Shown in pieces: positions 36,905 through 46,851 of a stretch of 64,000 bases of DNA. The position numbers and the translations under genes are program-made. The notes under the pieces are model-generated. The model was given only the letters and a program-made list of their open reading frames with translations. It did not search any database and was not told the origin of the DNA. This DNA is from an uncultured delta proteobacterium. Lineage in GTDB: Bacteria > Myxococcota_A > Polyangia > Palsa-1104. Position 1 is the first letter of the stretch; the number at the start of each line of letters is the position of its first letter. Location: contig CAWAWS010000026.1 in NCBI GenBank assembly GCA_963785725.1, positions 160,001 to 224,000 on the forward strand, read 5' to 3'.

Positions 36905-38997
36905 CGTAGATCCTCGGAGTAGGCTTGCAGCTCGACGCGCGGATCGAGCACCAGCACGGTCGCTTCGGCCACCGAATCGGTCACGCCGAGGACCGTCAGC
37001 CGCAGATCGCGCGTCTGGCCGGCGCCGAGCTTGGACGCGGGCGGATCGACGGTCGGCGGCGTGTCGAGGCCGCTCAGCCGCGCGCTCTCCAGCGTCAGCG
37101 GCTTGTCGTCGCTGCCGGTGTTGGTGACGCGCAGGCGGACGACGAGCGTCGCGGCCCCGTCGTCGCGCTCGGCGCCGACGAGCTGCACGCGCAGGCCGGC
37201 ATCGTCGACGGGCTGCTCGAGCGGCGTCGCCTTCAAGTAGCGGCGCAGCTGCTCGGCGCGCGGACCGGGTGCTTTTTGCGCATAGCCTTCCACCGCCGCC
37301 GCGCGCTCGCACAGCGCCGCAAAGGGCAGGGCGGCGCCGCTCTTGGCCGGCTCGCGCCACGCTGCCGTCGCGCCGTTTTCGCGGATGACCTCGAGCCGCC
37401 AGCGCGGATCGTCGGGCTGCGCCAAGGCCGCCAAGCGCGCCGCGTTCCAGCTCTGCGCGCCGGTCGAAAACGGCGGATGGCTCTTCAGGAACAGCTGCAG
37501 GGCGCCGCTCACCTTCGGCGGCAGCTCACCGACGGTAAAGAGGTAGCGCCCGACGGCTGTCGTCTCGGCCGTGAGCTGCTCGGCCTCGACGCGCGCGCGC
37601 GCCTGTGGCGGCAAGATGGGCACGCGCGCGCCGGCCGGCGTCAGGCAGATCGAGGCGTCGACGGCCGAGAGCAGCGCCAGATAATCCTCGGTCGGCACGC
37701 CGCGCGTGGCCGAGCCGGCGCGCGGCAACGCTTCCAGCTCGGCGGCCAGCCGCAGCTTGGCGGCATCGTCGACGGCAACGCCGCCATCGAGGCCGGCGAT
37801 TCCGGCGGCGGCAGGCGTGTCGAGCGCGGGCGGCGGCGGCGCGGTCGGCGTCGGGCTCGCCGGCCAATGATGACGAGCGACCGTAAAGACGACGCTCAAC
37901 GCGACGACGCCCAAGCCGCCCACGACGAACGGCACCGACGAGCGGCGGCGGCGAACGGCGCTCGTCGGCGGCGTCTTGTGCAAGACGGTCTCGGCGACCT
38001 CGGGCTCGGTCGGCGTGCGCGGCTGCGGCGCCGGCGGCAAAAAGTGACCAGTTCCCGACTGATAGGGATCGATCTTCTCGCGCGGCACGACCTCTTGCAC
38101 GAACGCGCCCACATCCTCGCGGGTCAGCGACGGCGCCGCCGACGCCAGCCAGCCCGACAGCGCGCGCGCGAAGTCGCTCGCCTTGGCCGGCCGCGCGTCG
38201 CGCCCGCGCTCGAGCGCGCTCATCACGATGGCGTCGAGCTCCGCCGGCACGTCGCGCCCGCGCCGCGACGGCGGATCGATCTTCGAGTGGCGGATCTGAT
38301 CGGACACCGCGCCCGGATTGTCGCCCGGCCACAGCGGCATGCCCGCGAGCAGCTCCCACAAGATCACCGCCAGCGAGAACAGATCGCTGCGGCCGTCGAG
38401 CGGCTCGGCCGAGATCTGCTCCGGCGACATGTAGCGAATTTTGCCCATGACCGCGCCCGATTGCGTCTTGTGCAGCTTGCCGATGGCCTTGGCGATGCCG
38501 AAGTCGACGATCTTGACCTCGCCGGCGTAGCTGACGAGCACGTTCTGCGGCGACACGTCGCGGTGCACGATCCCGAGTGGATTGCCGTCGCTGCCGCGCT
38601 TTTCGTGCGCGTAGGCGAGGCCGCGCGCCGCTTCGGCCGCGATGTAGGCGGCGACGGCGACGGGGAAGCGCAGCGCGCGCCGCGCCGCCGACTCGCGCAG
38701 CCGGCCCAGATCGACGCCGTCGACGAGCTCCATGGCCAGGTAGTACGAGCCCTCGTCGAGCCCGAAGTCGAAGACTTGAGCGATGTTGACGTGGGTGAGC
38801 GAGCTGGCGATGCGCGCCTCGTCGACGAACAGCGTGACGAACTCGTGCTCGCCTTCGAAGACGGGTAGGACTCGCTTTACGGCCACCTGCTTTTCGAAGC
38901 CGGCCGCACCAGAAAACACGGCGCGAAACACCTCCGCCATGCCGCCTCGTGCCAGCCGCTCCACGAGCAAGTACTTCCCAAACCGAATCGGCTGCAT
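36901..38997 (-). CDS. Membrane Ser/Thr protein kinase (myxobacterial HRDVSPQN type)
   Basis: GGMAEVF, VAVKR, HRDVSPQN, DFGIAKA, GKIRYMSPEQ; TM helix and extracellular domain. Confidence 0.93.
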   Translation of the reverse strand: MQPIRFGKYLLVERLARGGMAEVFRAVFSGAAGFEKQVAVKRVLPVFEGEHEFVTLFVDEARIASSLTHVNIAQVFDFGLDEGSYYLAMELVDGVDLGRLRESAARRALRFPVAVAAYIAAEAARGLAYAHEKRGSDGNPLGIVHRDVSPQNVLVSYAGEVKIVDFGIAKAIGKLHKTQSGAVMGKIRYMSPEQISAEPLDGRSDLFSLAVILWELLAGMPLWPGDNPGAVSDQIRHSKIDPPSRRGRDVPAELDAIVMSALERGRDARPAKASDFARALSGWLASAAPSLTREDVGAFVQEVVPREKIDPYQSGTGHFLPPAPQPRTPTEPEVAETVLHKTPPTSAVRRRRSSVPFVVGGLGVVALSVVFTVARHHWPASPTPTAPPPPALDTPAAAGIAGLDGGVAVDDAAKLRLAAELEALPRAGSATRGVPTEDYLALLSAVDASICLTPAGARVPILPPQARARVEAEQLTAETTAVGRYLFTVGELPPKVSGALQLFLKSHPPFSTGAQSWNAARLAALAQPDDPRWRLEVIRENGATAAWREPAKSGAALPFAALCERAAAVEGYAQKAPGPRAEQLRRYLKATPLEQPVDDAGLRVQLVGAERDDGAATLVVRLRVTNTGSDDKPLTLESARLSGLDTPPTVDPPASKLGAGQTRDLRLTVLGVTDSVAEATVLVLDPRVELQAYSEDLR

Positions 38998-39012
38998 CCG
39001 CGTAACCAACTA

Positions 39013-39065
39013 TAACATTGTTAAATTTGTTCTTAAGCTGACTGATGGTCAGCGAACCTTTGGTT
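39013..39065. promoter_or_regulatory. AT-rich divergent promoter region with short palindromes
   Basis: TAACA-T-TGTTA (39013-39023) and GCTGAC-N5-GTCAGC (39037-39053) between divergent operons. Confidence 0.35.
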
Positions 39066-39102
39066 ACTATGCGGCAACGATGAGCATGAGGGGTTGGATG
39101 TG

Positions 39103-42100
39103 ATGCAGAGATTAACGATTGGGTTGCTCTTAGCCGCGTTCTTGCCGGGCTGTTCCAAGTTCGACACGAGCCGCACCGTCGACTCGTATTCGAGCTTCGG
39201 AGAAATCGTATATCGCGAGAGCTGTCAACGCGTTGCCTACACGGGGCAGCTGGCGCAAAAGGCCGCCGGGCAGATCCAGACCGTCGACGTCGAGGGCACG
39301 CTCGGCACCAGCGTCTGCGTCGCCGGCGCCACGCCGCCGCCGAACGCGCCGCTCAAGCTGACGGCGATCGTCGGCGAGCGCAGCCCGCTCATCGCCGTCG
39401 TAGATCTCGTCTTGCCGCAGGACTTCCTGACGACGCTGGAGACGTTCCTCGAGCAGCTGTTGCCGCTCAGCGACGACGGCACGTTCGAGACGGCGATCGC
39501 GTCGCTCGGGCAGCTGATGGGGACGATGGCGGCCGATCCCGACTTCGCGCCGGCGCTGTCGCGGCTGGCCATTCGCAACGGCTACCGGCCGACGAAGACC
39601 GTCGACGGCCTCTTGCACACGATCGTGAACTATCCGCAGATCGACGACTTCATCGGCGAGACGCTGGCGCTGGTCGCCAAAGGCGGCACGGCCTACGCCG
39701 AGTGGACGCAGCTGTTGAACGCCGGCTACAAGGCGCTGTCGACGGTCCAGCCGGTGTCGAACCCGGCCGATCCCGAGCGCACGCTCAAGCTGGCGCTCGA
39801 TCTCTTGCAGTCGACGCATCCCGACTTGGCGACGGGGACGCCGCGGCCGCTCGTGGCGCGCGACTTCCGCGGCCTGGCGACGGCGGCGCTCGACGCGAGC
39901 GGCAAAGTGGTGGCGCCGTTCGTCGACTTGAACGGCGACGGCTTGGCCGACGTCGACGCGACCGGCCACTTCGTCGACGCCAACGGCGCGCAGCTGAACG
40001 TGCCGTCGCCGTTCGTGCAGCTGGGCACGACCGACACGGCGCCGCGCGACGCGCAAGGCCGCGCGCTCACCGCCGCCGGCGCCACGACGACGCTCTACAA
40101 CTACCTCGACCTCGACGGCACCGTCTTCAGCGGCCTGGCGCAAGAGGGTGTCACGCTGATGGATCCGACGAAGGACACGACGCTCGGCCTGGTGTGGGGC
40201 GCGGGCGCGCTGCTCGGGCCGCGGCTGCCGGCCAAGGTCATGACCTACGACGACGGCAGCACGATGACCTACAACGGCTTCGACACGTCGCAAGCGGCGG
40301 TGCTCGATCTGGCGCACGGGTTCATCCAGATCTTCGGCGATCCCAACGCCGATCAGACGCTGCAGTCGGTGCAGACGCTGCTCAACAAGTACGAGTCGGG
40401 CGCGTCGCGGCTCGTGGGCGCCATGCTGGCGACGAGCGATCTCGGCAAGACGCATCCCGAGGCGCAGATCCCGGCGACGAGCGACTTGTATGACGACTTG
40501 ATGCCGCTCATCAACCGCATCTTGGCCGTCGACGGCTTGCCGGGCGATCTGTTGACCGCGCTGCAGGATCCGCGGGTCAAAGACTTCGCGCCCATGATCG
40601 CGCGGCTCATGCAGGCGCGTAACCAGGTCGACTTCGTGCGCACCTCGCCGGCGTTCCCGCTCATCGACAACGGCGCCGACTTGAACGCGGTCGATGCGGT
40701 CGATCGCACCATGCCCGACGTCGACTACAACCAGTCGCTGATGCAGCGCATCGCGCACCTGATTCACGACGCCAACGGGGTGCAGTTCTGCAACAAGGAC
40801 GGCGCGACGCCGACGGTCCTCGGCATCACGCTCGAGACCGACGCCAAGTGCAAGCTGTTCGAGATCGACGACCTGGCGCTCTTCTACGCGCTCAGCATGC
40901 AGACGAATCCGTCGGCGGCGACGAACGCGAGCGCCAAGAGCGGCGCCGACTTCTGCGCGCACCTGACGACCAGCAACGTTCTGTTGACCGGCGGCTGCTC
41001 GACGCTCATCGGCTCGCTCACGGGCATCACCGGCTTCGGTCAGTATCCGACGCCGGCGGCGCTCAACCGCTCGCTCTTCCTGACGACGGCCGACAAGCAG
41101 GCCATCAGCGGGCAGTTCCTCTACGACACCACCGGCGACGTCGTCGACTCCGACGGCGACCTATTCATCGACGTGCACAACAAGTCGCTGTTCGCGTGGG
41201 AGACGACGATGCCCAATCCGCCGTCGGGCAACGCCAACGCGACGTTCTACACGGCCGTGGCGCCGCTCATCGACGCCTTCGCCAAGCATGACGAGTGTAT
41301 CGCGCGCGACTCGACCGGCACCTGCACGAAGACGCAGAACGCGGCCAAGATCTTCGTCGACATCCTGGCCATGCTGCACGAGCACTGGACGTCGCCCAAC
41401 GGCAGCTACTTCGGCCACACCTATCAGTCGACGAACCCGTCGGCGCCGCGCTTCTCGTATCCCGACAACTTGGTCAGCTACGAGCCGCTCTTGACCGAGG
41501 TGCTGGGGCAAGGCGACCTCATGCCGGCGCTGCTCGACCTGACGCCGACCTTGAACACCATGACCGTCGACGGCACGACGGCGACGCCGCTGGCGCGTCC
41601 GTACATCATTGGTACCGCCAAGTACCTGTTCGCGTTCGGCGGCGCGCCCGGCATCGCCTATCGCAACGGCGCGACGTCGACCGTGATGTCCGACGGCACG
41701 ACGCCGGTGCCGGTGATCACGCCGTATTACCTCATCGCCGACGCCTACACGCACAAGCGCAACGCGCTGGCGGCCTTGAACGCGACGGCGCCGATGCAGG
41801 CGGCGTCGTGGGCGTCGGCGACCTCGGCGCTGGTCGATCAATTCTTGACCGTCGATCAGCTGACGAGCGGGGCGACGCCGACCTATCAGTTCCACAATCG
41901 CCACTTCCGCGCGATCACGCTGCTCGCGCTCAACTTCATCCGCAGTCGCTTGGCGGCACACGCGACGGCCGGCGATCTGACGACGTGGGTGCACCAGACG
42001 CTGACGCAGGACATGACCGACGATCTCGGCGGTCCGACGTTCGCGGCGCTGGCCGACTTCACGACCAAGGTCGAGGGCGACACCAACGCGCGCACGCAGC

Positions 42101-42549
42101 TGTATGGCCTGCTCAAGTATCTCGTCGACGACTCGAACGATCTCATCTTCCAGACGTCGCTGACGACGCTGGCCGATCAGGCGCAGATGTTCCTCGACGA
42201 TCCCGATCTCGTGCCGGTGGCGCGCGTGATGGGCGCGGCCATGAATCCGCAGGCCGGCACCGTCGACGCCCAGGTCACGCTCATCAAAGACGCGCACGAT
42301 CGCGACACGGCCAAGGCGCTGCTCACGATCGCCAAGAACATGTATGCGCCGGGCAGCGACGGCGAGTATCCGGCGTCGAACCTGGCCGACATTCTCTCGC
42401 AGCTCAACCGCGCGACGCCGGGTCAAGTCGGCGATCTGACGGGCGACGACTATCGCGCCATCTTGACCGCCGTGCAGGGCTTCCTCGTCGATGACGAACG
42501 TGGTTTCACCCGCTTCCTGGAGATCGTCAAAGACCGTGGCCCACACTAA
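39103..42549 (+). CDS. Large hypothetical lipoprotein (about 1150 aa)
   Basis: Lipobox LPGC; strong coding bias; Ca-binding-like DLNGDGLAD; several Cys pairs; no catalytic motif recognised. Confidence 0.8.
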   Translation: MQRLTIGLLLAAFLPGCSKFDTSRTVDSYSSFGEIVYRESCQRVAYTGQLAQKAAGQIQTVDVEGTLGTSVCVAGATPPPNAPLKLTAIVGERSPLIAVVDLVLPQDFLTTLETFLEQLLPLSDDGTFETAIASLGQLMGTMAADPDFAPALSRLAIRNGYRPTKTVDGLLHTIVNYPQIDDFIGETLALVAKGGTAYAEWTQLLNAGYKALSTVQPVSNPADPERTLKLALDLLQSTHPDLATGTPRPLVARDFRGLATAALDASGKVVAPFVDLNGDGLADVDATGHFVDANGAQLNVPSPFVQLGTTDTAPRDAQGRALTAAGATTTLYNYLDLDGTVFSGLAQEGVTLMDPTKDTTLGLVWGAGALLGPRLPAKVMTYDDGSTMTYNGFDTSQAAVLDLAHGFIQIFGDPNADQTLQSVQTLLNKYESGASRLVGAMLATSDLGKTHPEAQIPATSDLYDDLMPLINRILAVDGLPGDLLTALQDPRVKDFAPMIARLMQARNQVDFVRTSPAFPLIDNGADLNAVDAVDRTMPDVDYNQSLMQRIAHLIHDANGVQFCNKDGATPTVLGITLETDAKCKLFEIDDLALFYALSMQTNPSAATNASAKSGADFCAHLTTSNVLLTGGCSTLIGSLTGITGFGQYPTPAALNRSLFLTTADKQAISGQFLYDTTGDVVDSDGDLFIDVHNKSLFAWETTMPNPPSGNANATFYTAVAPLIDAFAKHDECIARDSTGTCTKTQNAAKIFVDILAMLHEHWTSPNGSYFGHTYQSTNPSAPRFSYPDNLVSYEPLLTEVLGQGDLMPALLDLTPTLNTMTVDGTTATPLARPYIIGTAKYLFAFGGAPGIAYRNGATSTVMSDGTTPVPVITPYYLIADAYTHKRNALAALNATAPMQAASWASATSALVDQFLTVDQLTSGATPTYQFHNRHFRAITLLALNFIRSRLAAHATAGDLTTWVHQTLTQDMTDDLGGPTFAALADFTTKVEGDTNARTQLYGLLKYLVDDSNDLIFQTSLTTLADQAQMFLDDPDLVPVARVMGAAMNPQAGTVDAQVTLIKDAHDRDTAKALLTIAKNMYAPGSDGEYPASNLADILSQLNRATPGQVGDLTGDDYRAILTAVQGFLVDDERGFTRFLEIVKDRGPH

Positions 42550-43888
42550 GCGGGTCGTCGCGTTCGCGATCGCAGCGCTCTTCGTTTCGTCGACGGCCGA
42601 GGCCGGCAACATGTTCCTGCCGGCGCGCGGCGCGCGCGCGCTCGGCCGCGGCGGCGCGTTCACCGCCGGCGTCGACGACGGCAGCGCCATCTACTACAAC
42701 CCCGGCGGTTTGAGCGACATCCCCGACATCTCGGTGCTCGTCGACGGCGCGCTCATCTACCAGCGCGCCGGCTATGACCGCGTCGACTCGGGCGGCAACG
42801 TGCAGCCGCACGTGGAGGCGCACCCGAACCTCGTGCCCATCCCGACGCTGGCGGTGACCTGGCAGCCGCACGCGATCCGCGGCCGCTGGGTCACGTTCGC
42901 CGCCGGCGTGTGGACGCCCTATCTCGGCCTCGACACCTGGCCGACGACCGGACCGCAGCGCTACAGCAACATCACGCTCAACGGCTCGCTCTTGGCCGTC
43001 GCCGAGCTGGCCGTGTCATTCAAGATCGCCGACTGGTTCCGCATCGGCGTCGGCCTCGAGAACATGTTCATCCACTTCAAGAGCGAGGTCGCGCTCTCGG
43101 CCTGCACGCAGCTCAACTGCGCGCCCGAGAGCCCCGGCTTCGACGCGCCGACGCAAGTCGAGAGCGACTCGTGGTTCACGCCTTCGGCCGTCGTCGGCGC
43201 CATCTTCAAGTTCGACAAGATCCGCATCGGCGCCAATTTGCAGCTGCCGTTCTGGGTGCATTCGTCGGGCACGGTGGCGTCGCGCTTGCCGACCGATCCC
43301 TTCTTCGCCAACGCCGCCGTCAACGGCAACCAGGTCGGCGTCGACTTCAACTTGCCGCTGGAGCTGCGGCTCGGCGTCGAGCTGCGCCCGATCGATCGCC
43401 TGCGCATCGAGGTCGACGGCGATTACCAAGCCTGGTCGATGCAGAAGGACTTCGTCATCAAGCCGAAGAACGTCTACATCTCCGGCGTTCCCGGCATCGG
43501 CAACTACTACTTGAACACGCTCTATCTCGTGCGCGATCTGCAGGACACGTTCGCGGTGATGGTCGGCGGCGAGTTCGAGACTGTCGCGAAGCGGCTCTGG
43601 GTGCGCGCCGGCTGGATCTACGAGTCGAACGCGACGCCCAACAAGGCCGCCAGCGTGCTGACGCCGGACGCCGCCCGCAACCTCCTGACCATCGGCGGCA
43701 GCCTCAAGCTGTGGAACATCCGCTTCGACCTCGCGTACGCGCACGCGTTCTTCAGCAATCGCGACGTCACCAACAGCCAGTCGTTCCAGCTGAACCCGAT
43801 TCAGCCTGCCGACGCGGTACCGGTTGGTAACGGCAAGTACACGATCGCCGCCGACATCATCGCCGCCGGCCTAGACGCCCGCTTCTAA
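42536..43888 (+). CDS. FadL/OmpP1-family outer-membrane transporter
   Basis: Signal peptide; GARALGRGGAFTAGVDDGSAIYYNPGGL; RAGWIYE; terminal Phe. Confidence 0.85.
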   Translation: MAHTKRVVAFAIAALFVSSTAEAGNMFLPARGARALGRGGAFTAGVDDGSAIYYNPGGLSDIPDISVLVDGALIYQRAGYDRVDSGGNVQPHVEAHPNLVPIPTLAVTWQPHAIRGRWVTFAAGVWTPYLGLDTWPTTGPQRYSNITLNGSLLAVAELAVSFKIADWFRIGVGLENMFIHFKSEVALSACTQLNCAPESPGFDAPTQVESDSWFTPSAVVGAIFKFDKIRIGANLQLPFWVHSSGTVASRLPTDPFFANAAVNGNQVGVDFNLPLELRLGVELRPIDRLRIEVDGDYQAWSMQKDFVIKPKNVYISGVPGIGNYYLNTLYLVRDLQDTFAVMVGGEFETVAKRLWVRAGWIYESNATPNKAASVLTPDAARNLLTIGGSLKLWNIRFDLAYAHAFFSNRDVTNSQSFQLNPIQPADAVPVGNGKYTIAADIIAAGLDARF

Positions 43889-43905
43889 GCGCTTAACACC
43901 TCGGT

Positions 43906-44931
43906 ATGGTTGATTCACCCGCCGACGCTTCGGCGGAGATCCTGATCGTCGATGACGACCCGGACGTGCGCGCCTTCGTGCGCGCCGTGCTCGAGTCCGA
44001 CGGGTACAAGGTCGTCGAAGCACAATCGGGCTCGGAAGCGATTCAGCGCCTGCGCATTCGCCGACCAGCGATGGTTCTCCTCGACGTCATGATGCCGGCG
44101 ATGGACGGCTTCGCGGCCGTGCACGCCATCAAGCGCGAGCCGGGCCCGTTCGTGCCGGTCATCTTGCTGACCGCGCTCGACGATCCGGCGTCGCGCGCCC
44201 GCGGCATCGCCGCCGGCGCCGACGAGATCCTGGCCAAGCCGGTCCACCCGTTCGAGCTGCGGCTGCGCTGTCGGGCGATGTTGCGCATCGGCCACCTGAC
44301 CGACCAGCTGCACGCCGCCAATCGCCGGCTGCGACAGCTGGCACGCACCGACGAGCTGACCCACGTGCGCAATCGCCGCGGCCTGCGCGCGGCGCTGGTG
44401 CGCGAGTTCCGGCGTGCCGAGCGCTACGGCGGCGCGTTGACGGTGCTGACCTTCGACGTCGATCGCTTCAAGGCCGTGAACGACAACCACGGTCACGCCG
44501 TCGGCGACCAAGTGCTGTTCGCGGTCGCGCAAGCGCTGAAGAGCGGGGTGCGCGAAGTCGACGTCGTCGGTCGCGTCGGCGGCGAAGAGTTCGTCGTGGT
44601 CGCGCCCGAGACGCCGGCGCGCGACGCCATCGCGCTCGCCGATCGCTTGCGCCGCTCGGTGTCCGAGAGCCCGATCATGACGGCCCACGGCGACCTCGTG
44701 CGCGTCACCGTCTCGGGCGGCGTGGCGACGCAGTCGCTGGTCGGTGCGCGCAGCGCCGAGGAGCTGCTCGGCGCCGCCGACGCGGCCCTCTATCGCGCCA
44801 AGGATCTCGGCCGCGACCGCTGCGAGCTGGCCGAGCCGATCCTGAAGGCGCCGAAGAAGCTTCCCTTGGCGGCGCAAGCGATCCTGCCGAAGCAGCTCAG
44901 CGACACGCAGCCGAATCCGATACTGGAGTAA
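43906..44931 (+). CDS. Response-regulator diguanylate cyclase (REC-GGDEF)
   Basis: ILIVDDD, LLDVMMP, KP; DVDRFKAVND, I-site REVD, GGEEF. Confidence 0.93.
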   Translation: MVDSPADASAEILIVDDDPDVRAFVRAVLESDGYKVVEAQSGSEAIQRLRIRRPAMVLLDVMMPAMDGFAAVHAIKREPGPFVPVILLTALDDPASRARGIAAGADEILAKPVHPFELRLRCRAMLRIGHLTDQLHAANRRLRQLARTDELTHVRNRRGLRAALVREFRRAERYGGALTVLTFDVDRFKAVNDNHGHAVGDQVLFAVAQALKSGVREVDVVGRVGGEEFVVVAPETPARDAIALADRLRRSVSESPIMTAHGDLVRVTVSGGVATQSLVGARSAEELLGAADAALYRAKDLGRDRCELAEPILKAPKKLPLAAQAILPKQLSDTQPNPILE

Positions 44932-44991
44932 GCGCCGGGAGTAGACGCAGACGTGGCGCTCGCTCGTCGAGGGAGCGGCGCCGAACGCGGG

Positions 44992-45831
44992 TTACGTGAG
45001 CGCGGTCTCGGCGACCTTCAAGTCGTGCGACACGGCCAGCAGCGATCGGTCGGGCACTTCGGTGAACTTCAGATCCGCCGCCGGCGCTTCCGGCAGCGCC
45101 GCCACGATGAGCACGCTGCGCAAGTGGTCGTGATCGACGCGCTTGTCGCGCGGCGGCGGCTCGTGGCACACCGCGCAATCATGCAGCGACTGCCGCTGCT
45201 GTAAGTAGACCGGCGCGCCATGTCGCGTCGCCACGAGCACGCGGCCGTTGGTGAGCGCGAGCGCACACTCCATCGCATCCGCCGCCGCTTTGCCGACGAC
45301 TTGTCGCACCTTGGCCACCGACGTCTGCACCGCGTCGCGCACCAGCGTCGTCGACACGTTCTGATCGTCGAGCTTCGTCTCGGCGTGCAAGAACGCCAGC
45401 ATCATGTGGAACAGATGCTCGGAGTCGGTCTGCCCGCGAATGTTGCGCCGCAAAAAGTCGGGCACTTCGCTGACCAGCTCGTCTTTGACGTTCTCGAAGT
45501 TGGGGATCGTCCCGTGATGCGCGAACAGCCACGAGCGAAAGCGAAACGGATGCGTGTTTTCGTTCTTGGGCTGCCCGATGGTTCCCGCGCGCACGTGGCC
45601 GACGATGACGTCGGTGCGCAGGTCGCGCGTCAGCGCGTAGAAGTCGACCGGCTCGGCCGGCGGCTTCGGCCGTCGCTGCAGGAGCACTTCGCCGCCTTGG
45701 TAGAAGCCGAGGCCCCAGGCGTCGAACGTCGCGGCCGCGGCCGCGTCAGCGACGAGCAGTTGGCGCGCCGGATAGAGCGCACACTTGACGCGATCTTGAT
45801 CATTCCCGACGTAGGCGAACAGGCGGCTCAT
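44992..45831 (-). CDS. Class II glutamine amidotransferase-like (EgtC/YafJ-type) Ntn protein with Ser in place of the N-terminal Cys
   Basis: GAGG RBS; MSRLFAY; WGLGFY, GHVRAGT, NTHPFRF, FAHHGTI, GQTDSEHLF. Confidence 0.82.
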   Translation of the reverse strand: MSRLFAYVGNDQDRVKCALYPARQLLVADAAAAATFDAWGLGFYQGGEVLLQRRPKPPAEPVDFYALTRDLRTDVIVGHVRAGTIGQPKNENTHPFRFRSWLFAHHGTIPNFENVKDELVSEVPDFLRRNIRGQTDSEHLFHMMLAFLHAETKLDDQNVSTTLVRDAVQTSVAKVRQVVGKAAADAMECALALTNGRVLVATRHGAPVYLQQRQSLHDCAVCHEPPPRDKRVDHDHLRSVLIVAALPEAPAADLKFTEVPDRSLLAVSHDLKVAETALT

Positions 45832-45977
45832 CCGAACCTCCATGCACCTCGACCGTCTCGTCGTTGCCGACGACGCAATTCCCGAGATGGTCGGATTCAA
45901 ATCAAGGAGCGAAAAGACACTGCGCAGTCACACCCGTGAACGCAGGCGGTCTTCGTCCATTGAAATATAGCCGCCGC

Positions 45978-46829
45978 TCAGCCGACGCGCAACTTTCCGT
46001 CGTCGGCGCCCGCATGCGCTCGCAACCATTCGGCGATCTCTTGCACCGTCTTTTTGCGGTCGGCCGGCAGCTCGTTCAGGACCTCGTGGCGCTGGCCGTC
46101 GAGCAGATGGAAGGTCTTGTCGCGCGGGCCGAAGCGATCGAAGACGACTTTGGCCTGTTTGGGCGACGCGATGCCGTCGGCGCCGCCGGCGATCATCAGC
46201 ACCGGCACCGTCAGCTGCGGCGCACGCGCCTCCAAGTCGACCTGCGCCGCCGAGGCCTCGGTGAACCAGCGCGCCGTCGCGTTCTTGTTGTTCAAGGGAT
46301 CGCTGTCGTAGAGCGCCTGAATCTCCGGATCGCGCGAGACGTCGACGCCTTTGAGCCCGCTCGGCAGCGCCAGCGACGGATAGATCTTCGACGCGATCTT
46401 GCCCGCGAGCACTTTGGCCGCCGGCACCCCCAGCGCCAACCCGAAGAACGGCGACGTCAGCGCCAGACCGGTGAGCCCGTCCGGATGCGCCAGCGCCCAC
46501 TGCGACGCGATGAGCCCGCCGAACGAATGGCCGAGCAAAAAGAGCGGCAGGTTTTCGCCGCGCGCGCGCACGACTTCGGCGTCCAAGTCCTCGAGATATT
46601 CGCCGAAGCGCTTGCAGTGGCCGCGCACGCCGCCGGACTGGCCGTGGCCGCGTAAGTCGAAGCCACGCACGGTGAATCCGGCGTCGCCGAGCGCCCGCGC
46701 CGTGGCGTCGTAGCGGCCGATGTGCTCGCCGTAGCCGTGCACGATGACGACCACCGCGTGCGGCTGCCCTTGCGCCGGCCAAGCCCGTTCGTGGAGCTGA
46801 GTTCCGTCGCGCGACTGGAAGAAGCTCAT
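45978..46829 (-). CDS. Alpha/beta hydrolase (monoacylglycerol lipase / lysophospholipase-like)
   Basis: HGYGEHIGRY, DLRGHGQS, GHSFGG, GGADGI, HEVLNE. Confidence 0.92.
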   Translation of the reverse strand: MSFFQSRDGTQLHERAWPAQGQPHAVVVIVHGYGEHIGRYDATARALGDAGFTVRGFDLRGHGQSGGVRGHCKRFGEYLEDLDAEVVRARGENLPLFLLGHSFGGLIASQWALAHPDGLTGLALTSPFFGLALGVPAAKVLAGKIASKIYPSLALPSGLKGVDVSRDPEIQALYDSDPLNNKNATARWFTEASAAQVDLEARAPQLTVPVLMIAGGADGIASPKQAKVVFDRFGPRDKTFHLLDGQRHEVLNELPADRKKTVQEIAEWLRAHAGADDGKLRVG

Positions 46830-46851
46830 GATTACTTGTATACCACGCGCG

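Noticed and set aside
39005..39030. Second dif-like sequence (TATAACATTGTTAAAT)
   Set aside because: It does not fit the 11-6-11 layout and is better explained as a divergent promoter or operator.
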